From Halobacteriales archaeon QS_1_68_20 (GTDB lineage Archaea; Halobacteriota; Halobacteria; Halobacteriales; PXRE01), in assembly GCA_003021085.1 (NCBI GenBank), contig PXRE01000026.1, forward strand, positions 66,559 through 130,558: 64,000 nucleotides of DNA. Reading direction: 5' to 3'. Made by a program: the position numbers and the translations under genes. The notes below the pieces were generated by a model, which was not told the DNA's origin, searched no databases, and worked only from the letters and a program-made list of their open reading frames with translations. Shown here piece after piece: positions 24,322 to 33,553 of this stretch. Every line of letters starts with the position of its first letter. The stretch's first letter is position 1.

Positions 24322-25971
24322 TCACAGCCGTTTGCTGACGTAGGGGCCGTCCTGATGGTAGCCGAGTTTCTGCCGGTAGTACTCGCGGGCGCCGATGCCG
24401 GAGATGACGCTGAGTTTCTCGAAGCCCGCGTCGGCGGCCAGTTCCTCGGCCTTGTTCATCAACCGGCGACCGTAGCCCCGGTGCTGGTGCCCGTCGTCCT
24501 CGTCACCTCCCAGCGCCACTTCGCTGCCGTAGACGTGGAGTTCACGGACCAGCGCGGCGTTTTCCAGTTCACGCCGCACCGGGTCACTGGGGAACCGCAG
24601 GCGACAGAACCCGACCAGCAGGTCCTTATCGAAGTCCTCGAAGGAGACGAAGTGTTCCATGCCGCCCGCGGCCTCGTAGGTCAGCACGTCGAGTTCGACG
24701 GTTTCGGGGTCCTCGTCGTTCATGCCGACCTCCCGGCAGCGGACGCACTCGCAGGTCCAGCCGTGTTCCGCCAGTCGCTGGCGGGCGAGTTGCCGGAGGT
24801 TGGACTTCCAGACGCCGCCGTCGATGAAGTCCGCAGGGATGTCCCGCTGGACGCGCTGGAGGCGGGTGTACCGCGGGATCATCGACTTGATCTCCGCGAC
24901 GAGTTCGGCGGCCTCCTCGTTGCCCAGCGGGTCGAAGTCCTCGCGGTGCCACATGTCGTACACCCGGGTCCCTTCGACCACCAGGGTGGGGTAGATCTTG
25001 AGGTAGTCCGGCTTGTACTTCTCGTCCTCGAAGACCCGCCGGAAGTCCTCCAGGCACATCTCCTTGCTCATGCCGGGCTGACCGGGCATCATGTGGAAGC
25101 CGACCTTGAACGCGGCGTCCCGCAGGCGTCGATTCGCGTCGATGGAGGCCTGCAGGCCGTGGCCGCGGTGCATCTCGCGGTTGATCCGCTCGAAGGTGGT
25201 CTGGACCCCGACCTCGACCTTCGTGCCGCCAAGTCGTAGCATCCGGTCGATCTGCTCGGGGTCACACCAGTCGGGCTTTGTCTCGAAGGTGATCCCGATA
25301 CAGCGGACGTCGCCGGTCTCGTTCTCGGCGATCACGTCTTCGAGGTAGCTGAACTCCACCTCCTCGGGGTCCGGTGCGAAGCTCTCGGTGTCGGAGGGGT
25401 TAGGCTCCGCCCCGGGGTCGAAGTCGTTCATCGCCTCCAGCGCGCGCTCGACGAACCACTCCTGGTAGTCGTGGCTCCGGGCGGTCATCGTCCCGCCCAT
25501 GAGGATCAACTCGACCTTGTCGACGGGGTGGCCGATCTCGCGCAACTGGTTGAGGCGCAGGGTGACCTGGCCGTAGGGGTCGTAGTCGTTCTGCTCGCCG
25601 CGGGCCGCGGCCGGTTCGTGACCCGTGTACGATTGTGCCGAGGAGAACTCGCTGGCCGGACCGCCCGGGCAGTAGAGGCACTTGCCGTGCGGGCACATGT
25701 GCGGCGAGGTCATGATCGCCACGGGCGAGACGCCGGAGGCGGTCCTGACCGGCTTGCGCTGGAGGACCTCCTCCAGTTCCTCGCGGTGCTCGCTGGGGGC
25801 GTAGTCCAGCAGTTCGGAGTTCTTCGGCACCTTCGGCGCGTCGTGCTCCCGGCAGGCCTCCAGTTTCGCGGACTCGACGTCGTCGCGCTCGATCTCGCCG
25901 GCCAAAATGGCCTCGACGAGGTCCCTGCAGACCCGCTCCAGCGCCGCGGACTCCTCGACCCCGGTACTCAT
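24322..25971 (-). CDS. elp3: Elp3-type tRNA uridine(34) modification radical-SAM/GNAT enzyme
   Basis: Radical-SAM cluster motif CPHGKCLYCPGG plus a C-terminal GNAT (HRGYGRRLMNKAEE). ATG at 25971; the track ORF runs spuriously into the repeat locus. Confidence 0.9.
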   Translation of the reverse strand: MSTGVEESAALERVCRDLVEAILAGEIERDDVESAKLEACREHDAPKVPKNSELLDYAPSEHREELEEVLQRKPVRTASGVSPVAIMTSPHMCPHGKCLYCPGGPASEFSSAQSYTGHEPAAARGEQNDYDPYGQVTLRLNQLREIGHPVDKVELILMGGTMTARSHDYQEWFVERALEAMNDFDPGAEPNPSDTESFAPDPEEVEFSYLEDVIAENETGDVRCIGITFETKPDWCDPEQIDRMLRLGGTKVEVGVQTTFERINREMHRGHGLQASIDANRRLRDAAFKVGFHMMPGQPGMSKEMCLEDFRRVFEDEKYKPDYLKIYPTLVVEGTRVYDMWHREDFDPLGNEEAAELVAEIKSMIPRYTRLQRVQRDIPADFIDGGVWKSNLRQLARQRLAEHGWTCECVRCREVGMNDEDPETVELDVLTYEAAGGMEHFVSFEDFDKDLLVGFCRLRFPSDPVRRELENAALVRELHVYGSEVALGGDEDDGHQHRGYGRRLMNKAEELAADAGFEKLSVISGIGAREYYRQKLGYHQDGPYVSKRL

Positions 25972-26043
25972 CGGCCTACAATGGCCGCCTCGCGCCGATA
26001 AGCGTGTCGGAGGCTGGTCGTCCTCGGAGGCCGGTCGTCTGCC

Positions 26044-26336
26044 CCGGCGCGCTCGTGGGTGTGCCGAGTAACGCAGTCGGCTGGGGAGGTGTGCGGTTGC
26101 GGCTCGCGGGGCGGGACTGAAAGGGGCCGCGCGCTGGACGACGCCCGGCGACGTTCCCGCGAACGAACGTGAGCGGGAGCCAGCGAGAGCGTCGCTCTCG
26201 CGCGGTAAGCACCGCAGCGAAGGGAGGAGCGCAGCGAGCCGCGCGAGTCGACCCCGCGGGGGCTTTCTACGCGTTGCCGTCCAGGCCACCACCGACAGCG
26301 AGCGCGCGGAGGCTTTCCGCGTGTTGCCGTCCGAGC
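26044..26336 (+). repeat. intergenic composite repeat, locus C
   Basis: CGGCTGGGGAGGTGTGCGG (26078-26096), GGGACTGAAAGGGGCCGCGCGCTGGACGACG (26113-26143), and two CGCGG(G/A)GGCTTTC motifs (about 26255 and 26304). It carries a ~50-nt insertion with the palindrome CGAGAGCGTCGCTCTCG (26184-26200). Confidence 0.85.
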
Positions 26337-26465
26337 TACCGCCCACCCAGACAGTGAAGCGACGGTCCGACCAGAGACGACCACCTCACGAAATCCGACC
26401 GATACGATCGGATTTTCGATGGACGAACCTATAAGTTAGAAGCATCTAAACTCCCGACGAGGACG

Positions 26466-27119
26466 ATGGTGGAGTTTCTGACGGTCGTGGTCGCGGCGTT
26501 CACGCTCCAGTTGCTGGCGCTACCCGGCGAGAAGGGCCAGCTCGTGGTCTGCGCGCTCTCGACGCGGTACGATCCGAAGGTGGTCGTCGCGGGCGCGGCG
26601 ACCGCGTTCGGCCTCTGGACGGCGGTCGAAATCGCCGTCGGGGAGGCCCTGAAGGGAGCGTTGCCGGAGGCGGTGCTGGACGCCGTCACCGCGGGGCTGT
26701 TCGTGCTGTTCGCGGCGTGGCTCCTGAAAGCCGCCGAGGACGGTGCGCTCGAGGACCTGTCGGACCCCCACCGGACCGACGGGGGCGTCTCCGCGACCGT
26801 CAACGAGCGGCTGGACGTGCCCGACGGATTCCGGGGCTTCCTGCCGGCGTTCTCGCTGATGATGTTCGGCGAGTTCGGGGACAAGACCCAGCTGGTCACG
26901 ATCAGCCTGGCCGTCCAGTACGGCGCCCACCCCGGTATCTGGGTGGGCGAGATGCTCGCCATCGTCCCGGTGAGCCTGTTGACCGCCTTCTTCTTCCACG
27001 CGGCCGCCGACCGCATGGGGTCCCGATGGCTCCACCGCGGCGCGGCCGCGCTGTTCCTGCTGTTCGCCGCCGACGTGGCCGCGGAGTACGTCCTCGGCTG
27101 GTCGGTGCTTCCGCTGTAG
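26466..27119 (+). CDS. GDT1/TMEM165 (UPF0016) family cation (Ca2+/Mn2+) transporter
   Basis: Two copies of the family motif E-x-G-D-[KR]-[TS]: PGEKGQL (diverged) and FGEFGDKTQL. Six predicted TM helices. Confidence 0.8.
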   Translation: MVEFLTVVVAAFTLQLLALPGEKGQLVVCALSTRYDPKVVVAGAATAFGLWTAVEIAVGEALKGALPEAVLDAVTAGLFVLFAAWLLKAAEDGALEDLSDPHRTDGGVSATVNERLDVPDGFRGFLPAFSLMMFGEFGDKTQLVTISLAVQYGAHPGIWVGEMLAIVPVSLLTAFFFHAAADRMGSRWLHRGAAALFLLFAADVAAEYVLGWSVLPL

Positions 27120-27183
27120 CGGTTCCGGGCGGGGGAGCGACGTTCGTGGGGCGATTCCCCCGCCGGGAGCACCGCCGCGGTGG

Positions 27184-28465
27184 TCAACTGCTCGTTCGCT
27201 CCAGCCGATCGATGTTGCACAGCAGTTCCATCCCCCCGTCGGCGGTCTCTCGAACGTGACCGGGTCCCGGTGGCCGTCCTCCCGCATCGTGTAGAAGGTG
27301 TAGTCGTCACGGGCGGTCGATTCGGGGGACGCCGGGAACTCCCAGCCGGGGCCGTCCTGGTAGGTGATTTCGACGTGCCCGCCGGAATCGCTCGCCTCGA
27401 CAGTCGCCGTCAGACCGCCGCGGTAGCCCTCGTAGGTCCCGGTGACGGCTTCGATCTTCTCCCGGAGCGAGAGCGTCGGGACGACCGCCTGGGGGTCCTC
27501 GCCGGCCACGATCGCCAGCACGCCACGTGCGAGCGCGTCGATGGGCACGTCCGACGTGTTGGTGCAGGGGGTGACGCCGAGGTCGCGGTCGGGTAGCATC
27601 CCAGCGTACGCCCGGGAGACCGCCCACGTCCCGGTGTGGCCGACCATGGTCTCGTCCATGAACTCGGCGATCCGGAGGCCGTAGCCGTAACCCCTTCCGG
27701 GTACCGTCGATCGTCGACCACGTCGGCGCCTGGTGTTGGCACATCGCCTCGACCGTCTCCGAACGTAACACGCGGGTCCCGTCGTGTTCACCGCCGTTCA
27801 GCAGACACCGAACCGCCGCCGCCAGTTCCGTCACCGAACTCAGGATGCCGCCGGCCGAGAACGGGCGCCGGGCCTCCGCCTCCAGGTCGTGGTCTATCGG
27901 GATCGGTTCGCCGTCCTCGACGGCGTAGCCCCTGGCGACGTCGTCGGCCGCCTCCGACAGTTGCCCGTACCACAGGTAGCCCTCCGGGTCGTGGACCCGT
28001 CGGTCGACCGCACCGCTGACGTGCCGGCGTTCGTCCTCGCGGGTCACGAGCGGACTGGCCGGCGGCGCGTCGGCGAACGGGTACTGCCGGCCCATCGCCT
28101 AGTCCGTCGGTATGCCCGACGAGTGCGACAGGAGTCCGCGGACGGTGATCGGGTCGCCAGGGACGTCGGCCCAGAAGTCGACGTAGCGCGGATCTCGTCG
28201 TCGAGCGCGAGTTCGTCCCGTTCGACCAGACTCGACACCGCCATGGCGGTGAACGTCTTGGTGACCGAGGCGATGCTGTACAGCGTCTCGGCGGTGGCCG
28301 GGGCCCTGGACTGGACGTCTCTGGCGCCCAGCCCGGTCGCGTAGCGGATGCCGTCACCGTCGAGTACGGCGCGCTCGTCCCCGGGACGTCCCGCTCGACC
28401 ATCCAGCGGTCGAGAAACGTCTCGACGTCGCGCCTCGTCGCCGCCGGTAGTCCCGCGTCCGTCAT
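27184..28465 (-). pseudogene. beta-lactamase-family serine hydrolase, multiply disrupted
   Basis: The active-site motif SVTK (YSIASVTKTF) is present. The reading frame must be pieced together from 4-5 track ORFs. Frameshifts lie near 28379-28385, ~28185, ~27690 and 27232-27237 (C6), and there is an in-frame TAG at 28099-28101. Confidence 0.8.
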
Positions 28466-28522
28466 ACGGCCCCATGGTCGGACGCCTCCAAAAGCCCGTG
28501 GGCCACCGCCGTCGACGGGGAA

Positions 28523-30694
28523 CTACACCAGGTCCGCGACTGCGGCGACGGCCTCGCGCAGGACGGCGTCGCGCTCGCCGGCGACGAACTCCAGGTGGCC
28601 CCCGTCGCCGCCGACGGCCCGGACGCCGGCGTTCTCGACCACGGAGTCGACGTGGTCGGCGACCGCCCGGAGGTCGAGGTCCTCGTCGGTGCGGACGTGC
28701 AGTTCGTCGGTCGTCACGGCCAGCGTCACCTCGTGGTCGGCCCCGCCGCGGGTCCGGCGGTGGAGTTCGTCGACGAGCAGCGCCGTCGGCGGGAACTCGT
28801 AGCCGTCCGCGAACGCGTCGGCGTCGAGGACGGTGAACCGGACGCCGCCGGCCTCCCGGACCTCGGCGTTGGCCTCGGCCGTGGAGACGGCGTCGTCGAC
28901 CTTCTCGCGGAACTGCTCGCTGACGTGGGAGGCAAGCCCCCGGGCGTCGCCCTCCGGCGTGGCCTCGCCGAACAGCAGGTCGACCACGAGCTGGCGCTTG
29001 TCCTCGTAGGTCTGGTAGTACGCCGACAGCGCGACCGCCTCGCGGAGTTCCTGGGCGGTCGCTTCGTCGTAGCCCGCGTCGGCGGCGAGGTCACGGTACG
29101 CCGCGGGCGGGTCCTCCCAGTAACTGACCGCGGGCAGGTGCGCGAGGTCCTCGCGCACGCCGTCGTTCACGTGGACGGCCACGTTCGACGCCAGGACGGC
29201 CGTGGTGAGGTCCGCCGAGGAGTCGGCGTCCACGACCGTCGAGACCGTCTCCGCCACGTCGTCGTCGGCGTCGGCCGCGTCGATCACGAGGTGTTCGACC
29301 CCGTAGATGGAGAGGAGTTCGTATCCTTCCAGGGACTCGACGGTGCTCCCGGCGTCGACGACGACCACCAGCGGAAGCGGTTCGTCGTGGCGCTCGCGGT
29401 CTTCCAGCATCGAGGAGACGTCGGCGGTGGCGTCGTCCATGTCGTAGACCGTCCCCTCCAGCGGGCGCCGGTCGAAGTAGTGGTACTCGGCGTCGCTTTT
29501 GGCGTGTTCGTCCCGGATCAGCGGGAGGACGGCCCGCTCGATGGCGGCGCCGGCCACGTACCCGTCGGCGGTCGCGGTGTGCCGGACGATGACGGGGCGG
29601 GCCTCCAGCACGGCCCGGCGGATGGCCGTCGCGGCGTCGACGATGACGTCCCTGGCGCCCTCGACGGCGTCGTCATCGGCCAGCAGGTCGACCGGGTCCG
29701 GCCGGGCCTGGTCGTCGAGCGCGGCGTCGAGTCGCTCCCGGACCGCCTCGGCGTCCTCGCCCTCCAGGCGGTCGACGCTCTCGCTCTCGACCTGCAGGTC
29801 CTCCCGTCGACGCTCGACTTCCCCGACGACGCGGACGTGGTCGCCGGTCTCGACTTCGGGGTACGCCCGGACGCCCGCCGCCTCGAACGCCGCGACGTCT
29901 GCAACGGCGGACTCGTCGCGTACCTCGAAGATGGTCGGGCCGCCCGTCTGGCGGACGCTCACGACTTCGCACTCGACGGCCACGCGGTCGCCCACGCGGT
30001 CGGCCAGCGAGTCGACGGTGACCCGCTCGGCGGGCGCCTCGCGCTGGGCGACGGCCGCGCCACCGCCACCGTTGGCGACCGCCGAATCGTCGGCCGAGGC
30101 CCTGGAGTCGCCCTGGCCGGGTTCGGCCGCCGAGTCGGCGTCCGCGGCCCCGCCGGAGCGGTCCGTGTCCTCGGTTTGGTCGGCCTCCGGGGACCTGTCG
30201 GTCTCTCCGGTTCGGTCGGTCTCGTCGGTCTGATCGGTCTCCGGGGACCGGTCGGTCTCGTCGGATCGCTCGGTGGACTCGCTCGCCGATCCGTCGGTCG
30301 TCTCCTCGGTCTCGGGCAGGTGCTCGGTGTCGGTGTCGGGGTCGTCGATCAGTTTGCCACGGAAGTCACGTTCGCGCTCGCGGATCGACCACCCGAGGTC
30401 GACGTCGCCGTTGTCTCGCACCCGGAGGACCTGGACGTAGACGGTGTCGCCCGGTTCCCAGTCGAGGCTCTCCAGTCTGGGTTCGATCTCGCTCTGGTGG
30501 AGCAGGCCGGTGACGGAGTCTCCGACGTCGACGAACACGCCGAAGTCGGCGTAGCCGTCGACGGACCCCTCGTAGAATCGCCCGGGGGTCAACTGCTCAG
30601 GACGTGTCCCCCTGAACTCGAAGACGACGTCCTCCTCGTGGGTGTCACAGATACGGCCGTCGACGGCCGTGCCACAGATGATACAGCGTCCCAT
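28523..30694 (-). CDS. Zn-ribbon / S1 / OB-fold / DHH-DHHA1 (RecJ-like) phosphoesterase-family protein
   Basis: N-terminal CIICGTAVDGRIC, S1-like GRFYEGSVDGYADFGVFVDVGDSVTGLLHQSEI, an acidic linker, an OB-like VAVECEVVSVRQTGGPTIFEVRDES, then a DHH-superfamily-like C-terminal half. The catalytic DHH motif is not clearly seen. Confidence 0.7.
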   Translation of the reverse strand: MGRCIICGTAVDGRICDTHEEDVVFEFRGTRPEQLTPGRFYEGSVDGYADFGVFVDVGDSVTGLLHQSEIEPRLESLDWEPGDTVYVQVLRVRDNGDVDLGWSIRERERDFRGKLIDDPDTDTEHLPETEETTDGSASESTERSDETDRSPETDQTDETDRTGETDRSPEADQTEDTDRSGGAADADSAAEPGQGDSRASADDSAVANGGGGAAVAQREAPAERVTVDSLADRVGDRVAVECEVVSVRQTGGPTIFEVRDESAVADVAAFEAAGVRAYPEVETGDHVRVVGEVERRREDLQVESESVDRLEGEDAEAVRERLDAALDDQARPDPVDLLADDDAVEGARDVIVDAATAIRRAVLEARPVIVRHTATADGYVAGAAIERAVLPLIRDEHAKSDAEYHYFDRRPLEGTVYDMDDATADVSSMLEDRERHDEPLPLVVVVDAGSTVESLEGYELLSIYGVEHLVIDAADADDDVAETVSTVVDADSSADLTTAVLASNVAVHVNDGVREDLAHLPAVSYWEDPPAAYRDLAADAGYDEATAQELREAVALSAYYQTYEDKRQLVVDLLFGEATPEGDARGLASHVSEQFREKVDDAVSTAEANAEVREAGGVRFTVLDADAFADGYEFPPTALLVDELHRRTRGGADHEVTLAVTTDELHVRTDEDLDLRAVADHVDSVVENAGVRAVGGDGGHLEFVAGERDAVLREAVAAVADLV
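30160..30270 (-). repeat. 54-nt tandem duplication inside the acidic linker of the RecJ-like gene
   Basis: ccggggacc[t/g]gtcggtctc occurs at 30187-30205 and 30241-30259. It encodes ETDRSPETDQTDETDRTGETDRSPEADQTEDTDRS. Confidence 0.7.
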
Positions 30695-30776
30695 TTGGAA
30701 GGAAGCACGTAGCCCGCACTAAAACGGTTGTCGAAACACCCGCCGACGTTCCGCGGATTTTACGGCGAATACAACC

Positions 30777-31040
30777 CTACTCGAACACCGGGCTGTCGTC
30801 CTCTAGCTCCCGGAGGTCCTCCTGAACCTCCCGGACGTGCTCGGGGAACAGTGCGACCTGTACCTCATTGCCCTCGTCGTCCTCGAAGACGAACTTGACG
30901 CGCTTGTCGCCGAACTCGCGGGCCCGCACGCGCTCGACGTCGAACAGTTTCGCGGTCGCGGACTTGTTCGTCGGCCCGACGTTCTTGATGGCGCCCTCCT
31001 CGTACTCGACCATGAACTCCGAGAGTTCCAGCGACAGCAT
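30777..31040 (-). CDS. small acidic hypothetical protein (87 aa)
   Basis: MLSLELSEFMVEYEEGAIKNVGPTNKSATAKLFDVERVRAREFGDKRVKFVFEDDEGNEV... has clean haloarchaeal composition. Confidence 0.55.
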   Translation of the reverse strand: MLSLELSEFMVEYEEGAIKNVGPTNKSATAKLFDVERVRAREFGDKRVKFVFEDDEGNEVQVALFPEHVREVQEDLRELEDDSPVFE

Positions 31041-31077
31041 GGCCGAGAGGAGGGGAGCCGGGTAGTCAAACGTTGCG

Positions 31078-31677
31078 TTAGATCACGTACCACTGCCGGA
31101 GGACCGTCTCGACGGCGGCGAATCCCCGGAAGCCGTACCCGAAGACGATGGCGCCGGGCACCGCCGCCAGCGCGGCCGCCGGTTCGAACCGGGGACCGTG
31201 GACTTCTCCGATGCCGAGCGCCAGCAGGACGAACCCCCAGATGGTGACCAGGGCCCGGAGCTCCGGACTCGGGAGACCCGCGAGCGCACACGGCGCGGTG
31301 GCGTAGCCGAGTACCTGGACCGTCTCGCTGACGCCGCCGCGGTCGGAGACGAACGGGACCAGAAGCACCGTCTGTAGCGCCGCGACGAGGTGGAGGGTGG
31401 CCGGCGTCACGAGGAGGACGGCCGCTCCCAACCAGAATGCCGCCGATAGCGCCGCCGGGCCGACGTCGATGGGGACGGCGTCAGCCACCAGCAGGAGTCG
31501 ACTCGTCTCCGCGACGGCGACGACGGCCATGGCGAACAGCAGGCCGGGGGCCTGCTCGCCAGGGACGACGGCCTCCCGGAAGAACCGGCGGGGGTGAAGG
31601 ATCACTGTCAGCCACGCCCGGGCGAACCCGGCGGGACCACGGGGGCGGCCGACCGTCGAGTCGAGTAACTCGCTCAT
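31078..31677 (-). CDS. Yip1-domain-like integral membrane protein
   Basis: 199 aa with five hydrophobic helices. The N-terminus ...FARAWLTVILHPRRFFRE... is typical of the haloarchaeal YIP1 family (from memory). Confidence 0.6.
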   Translation of the reverse strand: MSELLDSTVGRPRGPAGFARAWLTVILHPRRFFREAVVPGEQAPGLLFAMAVVAVAETSRLLLVADAVPIDVGPAALSAAFWLGAAVLLVTPATLHLVAALQTVLLVPFVSDRGGVSETVQVLGYATAPCALAGLPSPELRALVTIWGFVLLALGIGEVHGPRFEPAAALAAVPGAIVFGYGFRGFAAVETVLRQWYVI

Positions 31678-31680
31678 GGG

Positions 31681-32271
31681 TCACCTGGCCTTGATCCGGT
31701 GGCAGTCCCGGCAGCGGGCCTCGTAGCTCTCCTCCGCGCCGACGAGGATGGTCGGGTCGTCGACGTGTGCGGGTTCGCCGTCGACCAGGCGCTGGGACAT
31801 CGTCGCGGGGTCGCCACACTCGACGCAGATGGCCTGCAGTTTGTCGACGTAGTCGGCGTGGGCCAGCAGGCTGGGGACCGGTTCGAACGGTTCGCCGGTG
31901 AACGTCTTGTCGAGGCCGCTGACCACGACCCGGCGGTCGTCCGCGGCGAGGTCCAGGCAGATCTCGACCAGTTCCGGCGAGAAGAAGTTCGCCTCGTCGA
32001 CGGCGACGACCTCCTCACCGTCGAGGTGGTCGTGGATGGCCCCGGCGTCGTCGACCACGGTCGCCTCCCACTCGCGGCCCGCGTGCGAGCCGACGACCGC
32101 CTGGCCGTAGCGGTCGTCGACGGCGGGCTTGAACGCGGCGACGTCCTGGCCCGCGATCTCGGCCCGGCGCATGCGTCGCAACAGCTCCTCGGTCTTCCCG
32201 GAGAACATGCTCCCCGTGATGACCTCGATCCACCCACTGTTCGTGATCGCGTGCATCGCAACGAAAGGCAC
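31681..32271 (-). CDS. tdk: thymidine kinase
   Basis: GSMFSGKTEELLRRMRRAEIAGQ... plus the C-terminal zinc motif C-x2-C...C-x2-C (CVECG...CRDCH). Confidence 0.9.
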   Translation of the reverse strand: MPFVAMHAITNSGWIEVITGSMFSGKTEELLRRMRRAEIAGQDVAAFKPAVDDRYGQAVVGSHAGREWEATVVDDAGAIHDHLDGEEVVAVDEANFFSPELVEICLDLAADDRRVVVSGLDKTFTGEPFEPVPSLLAHADYVDKLQAICVECGDPATMSQRLVDGEPAHVDDPTILVGAEESYEARCRDCHRIKAR

Positions 32272-32368
32272 GGGCGACGGTCTTAGTCGTTGTCAATTTC
32301 GGCCCGCACGATCGGCCGATCCGGATCCACCTGGCGGTCAGTCGTCCCCCGAACGTACACCGAATCTG

Positions 32369-32376
32369 CTATATAG
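32369..32376 (+). promoter_or_regulatory. TATA box upstream of small ORF 32393
   Basis: CTATATAG lies 17-24 nt upstream of the ATG at 32393, which is leaderless spacing. Confidence 0.35.
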
Positions 32377-32392
32377 CGCATAACGAAGTTCG

Positions 32393-32632
32393 ATGCATGC
32401 TAGCTTCCCCCACATGGGGTTGCGCGGTAGACACCCCGGCATCGCCGCGTTCACTGTCGTCCGGGTGGCTGGGCTGGTCGCCTGGCTCACCCTCTGGGAG
32501 GGAGCGGTGTCCGTCGACGTCGCCGTCGCGGGGGTCGGCGTCCTGTGCTTCGAACACAACCTGGCGCTCGCGTTCACCTGCCGGCCGACCGAAGAATCCG
32601 AGGACGCTCCGGATGCGGCCGTCGCGCAGTGA
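32393..32632 (+). CDS. small two-helix membrane protein (79 aa), hypothetical
   Basis: A TATA box at leaderless distance, two hydrophobic segments (IAAFTVVRVAGLVAWLTLW, VAVAGVGVLCF) and an acidic tail. Confidence 0.4.
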   Translation: MHASFPHMGLRGRHPGIAAFTVVRVAGLVAWLTLWEGAVSVDVAVAGVGVLCFEHNLALAFTCRPTEESEDAPDAAVAQ

Positions 32633-32682
32633 CCGACGCAGAGTCGATTACCCGGGGGGGCGACCGCGGGCCAACACCGTGC

Positions 32683-32956
32683 GAGGGATGAGCACCGGAC
32701 GGAGCCAGGAGAGCCTGCGGCTCTCCTGGCGGATGAGGAGCGCAATCGGCTGGGGAGGCGTGTGGTTGCGGCTCGCGGGGTGGGACTGAAAGGGGCCGCG
32801 GGCTCGACGACGCCCGGCGACGTAAGCACCGGAAGGAGCGGAGCGACTGGGGGGCGCAGCGAGCCGCGCAAGTCGAGCGCGCGGGGGCTTTCTACGTGTT
32901 GTCGGTGAACGCACCGAATACAGTGAGCGCGCGGGCTTACCGTGCGCTACCGACCG
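32683..32956 (+). repeat. intergenic composite repeat, locus D
   Basis: GAGGAGCGCAATCGGCTGGGGAGGCGTGTGG (to 32765), GGGACTGAAAGGGGCCGCGGGCTCGACGACG (32782-32812), GAGCGCGCGGGGGCTTTCT (32875-32893), and a degenerate second copy (32925-32938). Confidence 0.85.
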
Positions 32957-32965
32957 AGAACCCGA

Positions 32966-33553
32966 TTAATCGACGGCCCCGACGTTCTCCTCGCCTTCGA
33001 ACGACATGGGATCGGGTTTGATGTTCGCGTACTCCACCGCGCGCTGGCCGAGCGTCCGCACGCGACGCTCCGTCGACTCGTCGACGAACTCGCCGTCCTC
33101 GAAGGCGCTCCCGGACCGCGGCACGGCCGCCTGGTGGGGGATGACCCAGGCGTCCAGCGCGCGGCAGACCGTCCGGAGGTGTTCCAGCGCGGTGATGGGG
33201 AAGCTCCCGCCCGCCACCGCGAGCAGGCCGACGGTCTTGTTCTCGAACTCGTCGAACCCGCAGTAGTCGATGGCGGTCTTCAGGACCGACGAGTACGACC
33301 CGTGGTACATCGGCGTCGCCAGGATGATCGAGTCCGCCCGGCGGATGCGCTCGCGCAACTCGGCGGCGTCGCCGACGTCCTCGTCGTCGGCGTCGAACAG
33401 CGGGAGATCGAGGTTCCGCAGGTCGATCAGGTCGGTGGTGACGTCCGCACCCCCGGCCTCGTCCAGGGCGTGCTCCAGCGCGATGCGCGAGGTGCTCTCC
33501 TCGCGGAGACTACCCGCGATGCCGACGACGTGGGTCGTCTGGTCGGTGGACAT
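32966..33553 (-). CDS. NADPH-dependent FMN reductase family protein
   Basis: VVGIAGSLREESTSRIALEHAL...ADSIILATPMYHGSYSSVLKTAIDY is the family pattern. ATG at 33553. Confidence 0.85.
   Translation of the reverse strand: MSTDQTTHVVGIAGSLREESTSRIALEHALDEAGGADVTTDLIDLRNLDLPLFDADDEDVGDAAELRERIRRADSIILATPMYHGSYSSVLKTAIDYCGFDEFENKTVGLLAVAGGSFPITALEHLRTVCRALDAWVIPHQAAVPRSGSAFEDGEFVDESTERRVRTLGQRAVEYANIKPDPMSFEGEENVGAVD

Noticed and set aside
26391-26460. Possible Mn2+-type riboswitch ahead of the GDT1/TMEM165 gene
   Set aside because: The region is too short and lacks the conserved four-way-junction features of yybP-ykoY elements. It is kept only as a candidate operator palindrome.
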